DNA of 64,000 nt from Epiperipatus broadwayi. Its lineage: Eukaryota > Animalia > Onychophora. The stretch is from the NCBI GenBank assembly GCA_028023455.1, contig JAQFVV010000005.1, positions 12,586,001 through 12,650,000 on the forward strand, given 5' to 3'. Below, one piece after another: positions 24,330-38,500 of this stretch; position 1 is the first letter of the stretch; every line of letters begins with the position of its first letter. Under the pieces are notes generated by a model. The model had not been told where the DNA came from. It ran no database searches and saw only the letters and a program-made list of their open reading frames with translations. A program made the position numbers and the translations under genes.

Positions 24330-25610
24330 AATCTAGAAATATTTTAGGTAGGTTATCCAAGCAAAAACATATACGTATACAATTAATATACAAGTATTAA
24401 TAAACACATTTTAATGCTAATAGAAGCATTTCAAGTAGGGATGCAGATAATATGTGTTCATAAGCACCTGATGTTGATAGAAGTATTTCAGATAGATATA
24501 CGTATACAATTAATAAGCAAATGTTTTTAACCATTCCAGGTCTGTAGAAGTATTTTAAGCAGGTACACATACAATTTATAAATAAATGTTTTTGACTATT
24601 GATATCAAATCTATAGAAGCATTTTAAGTAGATGAACAAATATCAGTTATTACACTTGTTATTCCAGGTATGTGAAAGCATTTCAAGTAGATGTACTTAT
24701 AATATCAGTATTGCAATTATTATTCCGGGTTTGTGAAAGCATTTCAGGTAGGTATATATATTATATTAATACATTAATGTTTGTAATCATTTATTCCAGG
24801 TCTGTAGAAACTTTTTTAAGTAGATGTACAGATAAAATCAGTATTACCATTATTATTCCAGGTATGTGAAAGCATTTCAGGTAGGTGTACATATAATATC
24901 AGTATTGCAATTATTCTGGGTATGTGAGAGCATTTTAGGTAGAAGTACATATAATATCAGTACTGCAATTATTATTCCAGGTTTGTGAAAGCATTTCAGG
25001 CAGGTATACATACTATATTAATACATAAATGTTTGTAATCATTTATTCGGGGTCTGTAGAAACATTTTGAGTAGATGTGCAGATAAAATCAGTAATTCCA
25101 TATTTGTGGAGCATTAATCCAATCCAGTATAGATGTATATTTATACACATATTTTATTAAAATGCATATAAGTATTTATAGTTCATATAGCATTTTAGGT
25201 AAACAGGTAATATCAGCAATTCCATTTTTGTGGAGCATTTATAATCCAATCCAGTATAGATGTATATTCATACACATTTTATTAAAATACAGCTAAAATG
25301 CATATAAGTAATTATGGTTCATATAGCATTTTATTATTTTTATAATCATTACAGGTAGGTAAGCAGGTAATATCAGCAATTCCATTTTTGTGGAGCATTT
25401 ATAATCCAATCCAGTATAATGTATATTCATACATATTTTATTAAAATACAGCTAAAATGCATATAAGTAATTATGGTTCATATAGCATTTTATTATTTTT
25501 ATAATCATTACAGGTAGGTAAGCAGGTAATATCAGCAATTCCATTTTTGTGGATCATTCATAATCCAGTATAGATGTATATATTATACACCATACATTTT
25601 ATTATTTTTA
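24330..25610. repeat. Minisatellite arrays: ~55-70-bp monomers, then ~160-bp units
   Basis: The motif TTATTCCAGGT(A/C/T)TGT...AAGCATTTCAGGTAG recurs from ~24330 to 25100. Units of ~160 bp start at 25201, 25361 and 25520. Confidence 0.85.
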
Positions 25611-27472
25611 CCATATCTTTGACATTTCCATTTAGCTAGTTCATTTGAAACAATTATTACCAGAAGTATTTCCTTTATTTGAACATATCTTAAATTTTAT
25701 GAAATAATTGGCGTTTAATTAAATAATAACGATTTTCATTTCTTGTTTTCATTTTTAAACAAAGATAAAAAAAACTATCATCAACTTTTGACTGAAGTTA
25801 ATAATTGATTGTGAAAACTTTTCTTAAGACTAATAATATAACATTTTCTCTCTTTTGTTTTATAAAAATTAATAGCTATAATTTTAATTCATATTTTATT
25901 GTAATTGAATCACTTTTAATTGCTTACCTCTAAATTTCATGTCTACGTTTATTACTGCATTACTAAATAATTGGGGGGGGGGTCTGTCTTGAACGGCCCA
26001 TTAAAACTTCTAGGCAGGGTTTGGAGTTCACGTTTTGCAGATGGAGAGGACAAGCAGTCACTAGCCGAAGATCATATGATTTTTTATTAGGCTGTTTGAC
26101 AGTTCCATTAAGACAATTTTTAAGAGTCTTGTAGCTAAATCTTGTATATCTGAATCAATTAACTATAATAATACTAATAATAATTCTGATTTTCCATACT
26201 ATTTATACTGTTTTCTCTGACAAACGGATTCAGCTTACATGTTTTTCTTCCATTGGTAGCAGCGTTTTCATTCTTGTCTGCATTTCCTACCCCCCAGACC
26301 ATTGGACAGTTTCTCTCTGGCAGGAACAGACCCTTAATTGGACTATTTTCGATTATCTACCTTCATGTGTTTTTGAATCTTGATTTTTTTATTGTCTGTG
26401 GCAAGGTGATTTGACACGTAGAGTTATTATGTCTTAGAAGTTTTCTTCAATCAGAGTTTTAATGTTTGAAAATTTTTTTATTTAATTGATAATAAAGATT
26501 TATATTTTCTTTAATTGCAAATATAAAAGTATTTGCTTTTTCATTTGAAAAGTTTGATTTTCTTTTCATTTGACCGAATTGTTTTGAACCAACAAATTAT
26601 CATTACTTCTTCTTTTTCTGTAAAATATTTTTCTTTAAAATGTTATTAGTCCTTTTTAAAAAAAAAATATTACTAGTCTGATTTAAAACATTATTAGTCT
26701 TTTAAATGGGGGGGGGGGGATCTTCCAAATATACATGTGAAACTATATCTGTTTCATTACCCTCACCAAGTTTTTGGGATGAAATTGCCTGGAAATAATT
26801 TCATTCCACAAAATATAGCTTCTACCGTTTATTATTATTTTATTATTGCTTCTATTTAGGTTTTGAGATATGCTGATGAAATGGTAAGATGAGATGAGAA
26901 AAGTGGGTATGTGAGTTGTACCCTCCAATATCAGGATAAGCAGATATCTAAGCATGGACTACAAGAATATAATGCCTGATGATGTTGCCAGAAAATACCT
27001 CATTTTTAAACCCTGTCCCTCTATGTACCTAGAGAGATCATCCACAAGAAATATCCAGAGAAAAAAAAAATTCAGGCACTAAGCCAGCCCTGCTCATCTC
27101 CTGTGAGTCTTAGGGACTTATACATGAAGTCTATACATGAGACCATGGCCTATTCATGAGGCCAATATGGCCTATTCATGAGGCCAATATATGCTGCTGG
27201 ACTATTTTAGGAACTCGATCATCTAGGTCTGGGCAGTGCGAAGAAAATACTTCGGAGCATCATGAACACAATGCATCCAGGCCATCCAGCTCAATCATCC
27301 ACCCATCTCAATATGAAAAACAAGCTCACACATCACTTCTATCAGCTACTTTTGCTTCATTGCTTAGGATTGTAGCTGTATCCTGGCTTGGGAGACAGGA
27401 TCATGTTCAGTTCTGCAAAACTTTTTTGTATTATATGGGGATGCATTTCTGGATTGCTTATCAGGCCAGATT

Positions 27473-28310
27473 TGATGACTTGCTTCTCTGACTTCATGTT
27501 GTCTTTGTAGTTCATTGTTGCTATTGGTTCTTTTTATTACCTGGGTCTGATATGGACTGTATACCTCCTGTAGTTTCTTCTCTTTTCTCCAATATGGTAC
27601 TTCCTTCTTCCAACCATAATACCATGGTGCTGTGTCATGATTACTGTAATTTTGAGGAAGTCTTTTTCTTTTGTACTTGATGTCTCCAACTTTTGGTCCA
27701 TTATCTCACCTATATTGTCTATTTGTTATTTTAGAACCTTTCTTCTTGTTGATGTACTGCAGTTATCGTAAGCAATCAGTAGTTCAGCCACCTGTTCAAT
27801 GGATCGACAATCTGTTCTGATCAGCATCTGCTGTATATCACCTGGGAAACTGGCGGATTCAGATAGAGGGTCAGATGTCAGGGCCCTTAACTTGATGACT
27901 TGCTTCTCTGACTTCATGTTGTCTTTGTAGTTCTTTGTTGCTGTTGGTTCTTTTTATTACCTGGGTCTGATATGGACTGTATACCTCCTGTAGAGTTTCT
28001 TCTCTTTTTTCCAATATGGTACTTCCTTCCTCAAACCATAATGCCATGGTGGTGTGTCATGATTACTGTAATTTTGAGGAAGCCTTTTTCTTTTGTACTT
28101 GATGGCTCCAACTTTTGGTCCATTATCTCTCCTATATTGTGGTCTATTTGTTATTTTAGAACCTTCTTTGTTGATGTACTGCAGTTATCATAAGCAATCA
28201 ACCACCTGTTCAATGGATTGACAATCTGTTCCCATCAGCATTTGCTGTATATCACTTGGAAAGCTGTGGCGGATTCAGATAGAGGGTCAGATGTCAGGGC
28301 CCTTAACTTG
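27473..28310. repeat. ~420-bp tandem duplication inside the Gypsy-like element
   Basis: TTGATGACTTGCTTCTCTGACTTCATG starts at ~27473 and again at ~27893. Both copies end ...GGGCCCTTAACTTG. Confidence 0.9.
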
Positions 28311-31300
28311 GCCACCTGTCTTCTAAAGAAGTGTGTAAGGTTTTCTAGGTGGACATTTTCCTGTGACACCTTGTATTTAATGCCCTCCTGACAATCATCA
28401 CTCCAGTAACAACTTGTTAGTGCTGCTTTGAAATCCTGAAAATTTGTAGGCTGACTGAATGGTGAGTCCCACCATGCTTGAGCTACACCTTGGAGATGAC
28501 TACATGCTATCCTAGTTTTGCCTCTTCTGCCAAGGCATTAATACTGAAGTACCTCTCCAGACTTTTTATATATTCTATAGATGCTTCATTACAGCTCCCT
28601 GAAAAAGTTCTTATTTTTAGAAATTGATTTACAATTCCAGACATCTGGTTGGTTATAGGGACTTTATGACTAATTTTATAATTTTCTTGTATTGTTTTTG
28701 TGATTGTTTCTGTGTTTTCTTGTACTGGACATACATTGCTATTATTTATTTCCATCTCCTTCACCTGTGTCGTCAACCTATCCACTGCTGCATGGATCCA
28801 TGGCTTCACACAACTGTGTCACCTTGACTTCTTACTCAATTAGTGAGCCTTTTACTTCATCTATCATTTCCTCCTTAATTTTTAATATTCTATGTCATTT
28901 GATCGATCTTTTCATTTTGGATTTCAGTTACTTCTCTGATCTGCTTTTCTATTCTTTGGTTAGCTTCTACTATCTGTTTTTTGTCTTCTCTTTGATCATC
29001 CCTTCTATTTTCTTTTCTGTGTCTCTTTGTTTATCTCTTTCTTTTTGTTCATCCCTTTTATTTTCTTCTCTTTGTTCCTGTCTATTTCTATTTTCTCCTT
29101 TAATCATTTCCATTAACTGGGCTAACATGGGTGTCTCCTCTGTTTTCTGTGATTCTTCTACTTGTTGACTAACTTCTTTTGGATTATTGTCTTCTTGTTT
29201 CTGTTCTTCACTAGGAAGATTTTTCTCAGCTTCTCTGTTCATCATCTTTTTTTTGTTCTGGTTATCATCTAATTTTTAAACTTGTACTTTGTTTCTTTTC
29301 TAATATTTTTACTATATGATACTTGTATTGTGCTGCTCTTTCCATCCACTCCATGATTTGGCTCCAAGTCTTTGTTATGCCTATTTCATCATTTATGCCA
29401 TTCATTTTTGTGCTCTCTTAAAATTTTAATTTTCTCCCATTTTTGTCTATTTCAGATCACTTCACCACGTGCACCGCTCACAGTTACAAAATCATAATTT
29501 GCTTTTGCCTTTTCCATACTTTTTTATTTTTCTCTAGCTTTTATGCCTATGGGCAGGCTAGCTAGATCAGGCCTCACAATAGGGCCACAAATGTAACCAG
29601 ACAAGAACCAACCCCACTCTTTGTTGGTTTTATTTCCTGATGAGCATATTGCAGGAAGGAACTATCGATTGGCATTCCCCAATGCAGACATCACCCCATT
29701 TACAACAATATTTCCTGCTCATCAGAGGATGTAGTGCCATAGAGACTAGAAGTATCTGGAAATTTATGTTTGGTTTCCCAAATGGTGCCACTAGAGTTCC
29801 ATCTCACTACAACCTTACTTACCATTGTCTGGTTATGCTGAATATAGCTCAGAAGGCATGAGATTCTTGTGAGCAAGATGCAATGAATAACTAGTGATGC
29901 AAAAATGGAACTAAACATTTGGATTATTTTTTAATAATTTTATTAATAATTCATTGGAAAGTCCTTCTAATGTAGTTCATATAATGAAAAGTCTTGAAAT
30001 ATTTCAGGTAGGTTATCCAAGCAAAAACCCATTTTTTAGTTCACATGATGAGATGAAAGTCTAAAAATACATTTCAGGTAGATATATATACACAATTAAT
30101 ATACAAGTATTAATAATCACATTTTGATGCTGATAGAAGCATTTCAAGTAGGGATACAGATAATATATGTGTTCATAATCACCTGATCTTGATAGAAGTA
30201 TTTCAGATAGATATACATATACAATTAATAAGCAAATGTTTTTAACCATTTACTCCAGGTCTGTAGAAGCAAATTTTATTTAATTGACTACTAATAAAAA
30301 TTAAGTGTCTCCAGCCATTTTTCTGATTGAGAAAGTTTAATTGCAACTTGGTATAAAGAAGTGGGAATACCTGAAATTACTCGGAGCACATTGCAGATTT
30401 AAGTTAACTACTTTTACAAAAGCAAATAATAAAAATATTAAAAAATAATACTTAACAAATTAACTTGTACCAGAGTATGTCAGAGAGAACTAACAGACAC
30501 AAAATCAAGATGATCCAAGAACCAGAAGAAGCCCTTTCCAATCTGGGAAAACCTTTGTTTATAGTATTTTTAAATTACTCCCCCTTTTTTTAAAGCTGTC
30601 AATTTCTTAAAATACCCAATCAACAAAACTTATATTTCTTTTTTTATACTCAATCACCAGACAGTTCAATCTATTTGTAACATGATTTTGATATAGATAT
30701 AAAAAAAAGACGTGATCTAATGAACTAATTTAAAATAAAGTTTTCTTATATAATAAAAAAAAAAATTACATAAAAAAAAAATCACATTTATTTTTCCTAA
30801 TGATTGAATTACCTTAAAATATTTCTTAACTAAAACCCAAATTAATAGTATTTATTTACTGAATTATTATAATTATTTATTTATAATTTTAAACATGAAT
30901 TCAAATAACTCAAACTAAATTACTTTAGCAATTGTAAAACATAATTTCCCAGCATTCATGTGCACACATACACAGTTGAACCTAGGAAATAATGTTCCAA
31001 ACTTTAACTTAACTTATTAATAATTGCTTTTTAATAACTAATTGGAATTTATAACAATGATCTAATAAAACATTTAAAAATATTTAATGTTAAACTTTAA
31101 CAAATTTAACAATGACTTCTAATAAACTAATATTTTTAACTTTTATGCTCTTATCCTAAAAATTAATAAAAGCTAACTTTAAACTAATTTGACATTCTCT
31201 GCTCTCTTAACTATCAAACTAACACTAAATATTATTTTCTGGCACACACAACAATATAAGATGGTTATTTAATTAATGACTGCCATTACTGAAAAATTTA

Positions 31301-31663
31301 AACTGTTAAAATAAATATAAAAGTAATACATCTGCTTTACATACAAGCTGTATTTCATAACAAGACTATTGTTTGTTACACATTCTGCTTTACATACAAG
31401 ATGTATTAAAGTATTTCATAACAAGACTATTGTTTGTTACACATTTTACTTATGAATCAACTATTTTTTTAAAAGAAATCAAATAAACATAAAAATTGGT
31501 TAAGCCAAGATCAGTAATTGGAGCAAGTGTAAAAACACTTGGTCACAATATATATATGATAGATAACAAGGTTTTTTTTTTTTTTTTTGTAAAAAAAAAA
31601 TTCTCCTTAGAAATTGTTAGTTGGAAAATAAGCTGATGTGTAATATTTATTTTAAACGTAAAG

Positions 31664-34600
31664 CATAGGTTCCCAAATTTTTTCTGGCCACTGCTTACTT
31701 TGCAAGACAAATTTTGTAATGCTCCCCCCCCATTATAAGTTTTCCGCATTCGTCGGTTTGATATTTTTTATGTAAATAGCAACTAATGATATATTACTAC
31801 CCATACCATTAAATTATTGAAAAAGTAGTGGCCAATATGTGTTTCATCTTGAATATAGTTATTGCTATACCGATTTTGATGAAACATAGCCCATATATCA
31901 AGATTATAAAGTGTATGCTCAAATAACATTTTGCACAGTTTCATTCAATGGTTTTAAAAAAAAAATTTGAATATATATTAAGATATTGTATTAGTAAGAA
32001 TCTTATTGTAATAATTAAAAAGACCATCAAAATGTATTAGGAAATTGTTTATTTCAAAATTACAAAGTAAAAATACAAAGAAAAATAAATTAATGAGAAG
32101 GATGAGCCTGATGCATTTTTAAGTTTGTTAATATTGGATTCAACCTTACTTAGAAACAGTTGTAAATTGCCATGCTCAGTTATATGCAATCGGTTCCTTT
32201 TCTTAGATAGTAAATTTGCTGCAGCACTAAACCCATACTCAGCCAAATAAGATGGAAATGCAATTAAAATTTTTTGCACTATTTTTCCATAATCCAGGGT
32301 AGAGTGTCAGTATTGATTTCTGAAGCCAGAACCCTTGTTATCCACTTTTGAATTTTATTTTAGTTCTTCATTTGTTGTGAGTTATACTAGTTCCATTTCT
32401 AAATTTGATGATGTGATTCCATATGAGAAAGGACCTAAAACCCAATTTGGAATATTCATATTTAAAATATCCTTGATTTTCTCATTGAAATCAGCAAGAA
32501 GAACCTCCATGTGTTGGCAGTATGTAAGTAGATCTTCCTTTGTGAAAGACACTGCTGATAAATTTCAAAAGTAGCTATATTTCCCTCATCCTAGATTCTG
32601 CTTGAACAGAAGTTTCCCCACAAAAGCAGCAATAAATGTTTGTTTTAATTAAATTAAATTCATAACCTTGTAATTGTATAATTGACCTCATTAAATATTT
32701 TATAGAGGTCTGTCAAATAAGTGGTCATTTTTGGATGTAATCAGGTTGGCCCACAGTCTGTCATCCCTATTTTCTAGGATTCTAGTATTGAATCAGACAA
32801 ATTGTAAAATTGATTCAGATAAGTACCTTTTGAAGCCAACGAACTTCTGTGGGAAGCAGTATATGATTGAAATCTTCATCGTTTTCACTACAAAGTTGGC
32901 TAAACAATCTGTCATTTAATGAATTGCTTTTAATCTTGTTGACTGCTCTAATAACATAATGGAGCAATGTATGCAGGCTATCACTTAAATTCTTCACAAC
33001 AAAATGTTGAAGAACACAATGTATAGCAAGTACATTTGGTAGTGCTTGTTTGAAACATGCTATGAAACCCTTGTGTCCATGTCATTGCTGAAGCACTGTC
33101 AATGGCAGCAGAAAAAATATGAATAGGGATATCTTTCTCTTGAAAAAACTTATTGATGGTATTAAATATAGTTATCCCCTTCCAGATTTTTAGGAAATAA
33201 TAATTCTTGACAAACTTTTTCTTCTTTTATGAACTGCATATATGATAACAGTAGTGATTCATTATTTGGGAGAGTTGATTCATCAAGTTGAATGGAAAAT
33301 TGGCATGTCTTCAAATAATCACATGATTTTTCAATGTCTTCAGCCATTTCATAGATTCTTCTTTGCACTGAATTATTATTCAAAGGAATTTCTGGTGATA
33401 TCTGATGCTGGCTTATGAAGCACAGTGTTTGTTATTTATTTTACTGCTGGCAAGATTAATTCCTCACAAATTGTGTGTGGTTTTCCCACTTTTGCAATTA
33501 ACAATGAAATATTATAAAAAGCTCATAATCCATCATTATCTTGTTTAGGGGACAACACAAAAAGTTTTGATATAATTGAACATTTAAAATATTTTTCTTC
33601 TAGTACTTGGAAAAAGGACATATCTTTATGCTTTTTGTCAGCATGTATTTTAGTCAAATGCTCTTTTACCTAGAATGCTTTGTTGCTTCATTTGAAAATA
33701 CTTTTTGGCAAATCAAGCACATAGGTAATAATGGGTTTGTAGAAGAATGAATAGTCATATTTCATATACTCAATTGTGTACTGTCGACATTTCTTCTTAG
33801 ATTAGAACATACTGAGTTAATAAAGTTTGCAACAATATTTAGATTTAATTTATACTTTGTATGACTTCACTTATCTATCACACTTTCGACTGAGGATTGC
33901 TGGCAAAGCACCCAAAAAATAGTGAAACTTATTCCTAAACTACTGGTATTTATATATTTGAAATCCAGTCCAAATTGACTTAACAGGCATTCACTTGTTT
34001 GCAATTAATTTCTTCTATAAAGAGCCTTCTATTGGCCAAATGAAGTTCTAAACTTTTGCTTGGTCAATTATGGAATCAGCAGTAAAAATATATTTGTCTT
34101 TTAAAATTATACTCACTTTAGTTTAATTTCTAAAAAGCAAATTAATAATTTGTCAGATTATTAATGTAAATGAAATTTTTTCAAAAATAAAATTTCTATT
34201 AATTGATAAAAAATTAATCTATAACTGACAACATAAAATTTATTTAATATTTGTCTGAAGGTTTGTAATGATGGTATATTATTAGATGTGATATGTTGGA
34301 CTATTTCCATAATCTATGAGTGAATGTTAAATGTATAGAAAATTTTATTTAAACTTTTCAAATACAACAACTTGTTAGTAATAACATAAATAGACAACAC
34401 AGATTATACAAGATTTCTCCACTCTTCTTCGGCTGCTGCTGGCCTATATTCACAGTGACAATATTTACTTAGAAGTTGAACTCACACCTTTATATTTTTG
34501 AAAGTTGAATTTAAGGCAAACACTAACTAACTGAACTATTCTGTCAAAGGCAACATATAATAAAAATTTGATATATTTATATATGAGGGTTGATTCAATT

Positions 34601-35342
34601 CCTTCTGAGTCCTTCAGTTTTTTTTTATATGAGCAAGGCTAATTAGTTTATTATTATTATTTAATATTTTTCCTAAGAACAGCAAGATTAATTAGAGGCT
34701 TCCATATATTGTGTATTGTCACAATGGGTTGACTTATAGGATTATTTACCATTGTCATATGAGCAGCTTCCTTGAATTTTCTTCTATGCATTTTTTCCTC
34801 TTTATCCAATATCTTTGTATTTTCCCAATAAAACATATGGTCATTAGTACATACATGATCTGCTACAGTAGACATATGTTTTTTCTCTTTTAACTATTAG
34901 TTTGGGTTCTTTCAATCACTGTTCAACAGGATGACGGGTCTCACCAATGTATATCCTTTCCACATTCACAAGGCATTTCATAAATGCAGTTTTTGTTCTT
35001 CAGCACTTCCAGTTTACGCTTAGTAGAATATTCCTCGAAATGTGGTATGGCTTTGGAAAGCTGTTCAAATGTTATATTGACTGCAGATTTTCTTTAATTT
35101 GTCTGCCATTCCTAGTATGTATGGATACACTACCATACCAATAATTGTTTTATCTTTTGGTGTCTCTTTGTAATGTCTATTGAAGGTTTTCTTGATGCAT
35201 TTGTTCTATGTGAATTTTTTTTTTCCAAATCACTAGTTTCTGAACAAACTGATCACCCCAAATGCTTCTGAACCCACTATAACCCTCCTAAAAGGCTTGA
35301 GCACTCAGTGAGAGGCTGCACCATCCACTTTGAGAACCACTG
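31664..35342 (-). mobile_element. hAT transposon of the Buster/Charlie type; transposase pseudogene at ~32090-33810
   Basis: Minus-strand motifs: KCRQY...KEHLTKIH (BED-like), FSIQLDEST, TEVRWL and FPSYLAEYGFS...KRNRL. TIRs are CATAGGTTCCCAAA and CAGTGGTTCTCAAA (11/14 match). Flanks are ACGTAAAG and ATGTAAAA (6/8 match, nnnTAnnn). Confidence 0.8.
34250..35250 (-). mobile_element. PLE 3' fragment (GIY-YIG + tRNA-like/HHR module) nested in the hAT element
   Basis: ORF 34657-34875 (VADHVCTNDHMFYWENTKILDKEEKMHRRKFKEAAHM) is the same family as 8460-8760. Downstream lie degenerate A/B boxes (~34545-34490) and a degenerate HHR (~34435-34410). Confidence 0.8.
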
Positions 35343-35505
35343 ATGTAAAATATCCACTCTAGGAAAGTAAAGTATCCAAATGTTAAAAAATGAGTAATAA
35401 TTATTAGTAATTTTAAGTTTAAAGATTTGAGTTTATTCATAATTAGCTCTTCTTTTGATTGCTGTGAATTATATTTTGTATAGATGAGTTCATAAATATA
35501 TATAT

Positions 35506-38500
35506 TGTGACAGAATGGGTTCGAACCCAGTCACAAATAAAATTAATTAATCAGTAAACATATGTATACATAGATATATATAATATTTAATTTTGTTTAT
35601 TACGTAGTGGTGGTTACAAATACATAAACGCGGGGGGAGGGACTCTGTCATTTTTAAATGATATATATGCATGTGTGACAAATGTGTGAATGAATGAATT
35701 AAGTAGTGAAAAGAGAGAAACGAGATTTTGTTTCATGCTTTAAAAACTAGAGGTTTCTGGCAGAATGAGATTCTATTTTCTGTTATATTACAATAGAAGC
35801 TATGACACGAGTTTTCACACGTCTAACAGATCTGGTTAGTCCACATTGAAAATTGGAAGTGAGATAAAAAAGCTTCTAGAACAAATGGAGGGGGCTATAA
35901 AAGCGAGCCACCCAGAATGCATTGAATCTTTTTCCAGAAGAGCTACAACAGTGAACACCTAAATGGTTTTAGTATTTAACTTATATAATGGTGATTTTAA
36001 AAGAAATGTCTGGGTAAGAGAAGCTGCATCGGATTCAAACCCCTAATCCCAACCTGCTGCAGCTGCCTCAACTAATAAAACCATGATGCCTTGAAACAAC
36101 ACATAATTCCAGCATGGAATCAAATGAACCTCATCAGCCAATGGACATGAAGATCTCAAATCATTACCTTGAATTGCCTAATTTACCTGTGGAACGGAAC
36201 TCTGTAATAGATAGATAAATCTGCTTTTACTACTTCCAGGGAAGAGTCAGGTAAAAAAACTTTAATTAATGATTTTATTTTTCTTTGTGAAAAGGAAATT
36301 GTTGTGTTTTTTGCTTACTATAAGTGGAGGTGACATATGAACTAATTAATAAGGTTTCCTTACGGCCTCGTTCCATTGCGGACATAATAAAGTAATCAGT
36401 GTCGAAAGTCATGTGATACAAATTTTTTCATAGTATTGACTTTCACTACTTGAGTTGCGTATGAGAGATTTATTATGGAAAGAATGACGTATGTGTGCGA
36501 TTTAAAATGACAGTAATAAATATATTTTTTTTATAATATTAAATAAATATACAAAAAAGTAGAGTGGAATTAGTTATTTATTTATAGATCCATTTATCTA
36601 GTTGTTATTATTTTTTTTTATGTTTAAAAAAAAAAGAAAGAAATCTTAACCCCATTCGTAGCTACTCCCGGCGGTGATGCCACTAGACTATAAGACTGAG
36701 CTAGCTGATGGCCAAAACCTCTCACATTACGTAAATAGTATTCTTGTTGATAATATATCCACTTTGCGTAATTCTTATATTCGTATAGGATAGGTGCTTG
36801 GTGTCCTTCAGATGACCATAAATATGCATTGGGGATTATTACAGTTGCAAGAATAAATCCATAAGTTTGGAATAATAATATTTTGGGTCAAAACCACTTA
36901 ATTAAATAAAAATACATAGGCACATATAGATACATTATATATACATATTCAGTAGAGTATGCCTGTCTAGTGAGAGGTAATGGGTTTTGTTATAATGGCG
37001 TCCCAACTTTAAAGGGCTTCAAAAAGAGGTAGAGGGGAATGGGGAAGTTAAGAGTTCAGAAATACGTTAACAAAGCAATATTTGTTTATATCATTATGGG
37101 AAAAGTGTTTACATATTTTTAAATAGAGAATTCAAATGCGAATCACTTTAAATAGATTAAAGTACATTTTTTTGTATATATATCGCTCAATCAGTTTAAA
37201 TAAATTAAAATACATGTTTTTGTTTTTTAAATCCGTTAACAAGGCGATATTTAGTTAGATTATTATGGGAAAAAAACATTTGTATATTTTTAAAGATGGT
37301 TCAAACCCGAATCACTTTAAATAGATTAAAGTACATTTGTTTTGCATAAATATATATATCGCTTGGATCATTTTAAATATGGAAAATGCAATAGACCAAG
37401 AATAGGTAATCTGGGTTTTTTGTTCGTTGATGGGGAAGGTTTCAAGAATTAAATAAATAGGGAAACTATAGTAGAGGCTAACAATAAGGCAGTGTAGAAT
37501 GTTGGGGTCAGGGAAGGGAGTCCAAACAGAAATAGAAAACCCAAAGAAATAAATGAAAATAATATATAAGGGTGAGAGAGATGGAGAGGGAAGGAAATGA
37601 GATGATTAAAATACAGATATTTAAAGGGGAAAGGGGGGAAAGCCCGGGGAACATCTAAAGAGCTTAAAAAGATACTTTTACAGATATGAGATGGAGGAAC
37701 ATGATAAAATAATAGTGGCCCACAGCCACCTGCAGGAGCATGCTTGGGATTGGTGGATGTCACTAATGATGAAGCCAGACACATTTGGAGAGTATGAGAG
37801 GGCTATAAACAAAATATTCTGGAGTGAAGAACAAAGCCCATATCATCCAGAAAAGGTTTCAGGAGAAAGGGGAAGAGACATATGTCCAATTCTTCAGACA
37901 TCAGGTGGCACAACTGAGGGAATTAGAGGCATGTAATTTGTCAGAAAAAAACATTTTAAGGATTGTATGCAGAAGTCTGCCAAGTGAAGTAATGATAAGC
38001 ATAGGGGATACATCAAGGAAAACGGTAAAGGAGGTTGATAGAGCACTAGGATAATTAGAGATCAGCGAACAGTGGCAGAAGGAAATGAAAGGAAAACTGG
38101 GAATGGAAGGGGGAAGAAAGGTGCATGGGAAACCTGATATGTTCTGACAAGGAATGGCACAAGTGGATCCAACACCAGGGGATTCGACATAATTTTACCT
38201 CCATCAGGAACCCGCAATCCAAACCCTGCGAATGAGTAATGAGGGAGTTGGGGCATTTGTTGCACACATATATGGGCACGAATCATACTCCTTGAGTGGT
38301 AGATTTCATAAACTGGAACAAAAAAAATCTAGCGGTTTTGCCCCATTTCACCTCCAATTTGGACAGCACATACTATGTCAGATAAAGACCTTGGTACCAG
38401 GAATGGAAGAACCACCTATTGACAAGAAGAGTGACCAGGATAGAGCATATCAGACCTTACAGCAGGTGAGCCATCAAAGAGGGAAGAAAGGGAGACATAG

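Larger units (their letters stand above)
23937..30275 (-). mobile_element. Degraded, internally deleted Gypsy-like LTR element
   Basis: A direct repeat of more than 600 bp begins TGTAAC at 23937 and at ~29592. Minus-strand gag remnants are FSGSCNEASIEYIKSLERYF...EEAKL (ORF 28507-28809) and LQGVAQAWWDSP...FQDFKAAL (~28490-28400), with a coiled-coil-like N-terminus at 28970-29245. The LTR right boundaries, PPT and TSD are not resolved. Confidence 0.7.

Noticed and set aside
24330-25610. Regularly spaced repeats as a CRISPR-like array
   Set aside because: The context is eukaryotic, the spacers are themselves homologous and the repeats are degenerate. It is a minisatellite.
26970-27000. CTGATGATGTTGCCAGAAAAT, HHR-like
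   Set aside because: Only a 2-bp stem II and no stem I or stem III pairing.
28624-29168. Hydrophobic plus-strand ORFs (also 6254-6448, 37449-37784, 56620-56960, 58011-58418)
   Set aside because: These are antisense readings of purine-rich TE or low-complexity sequence. The apparent membrane-like or Pro-rich composition is a strand-bias artefact.
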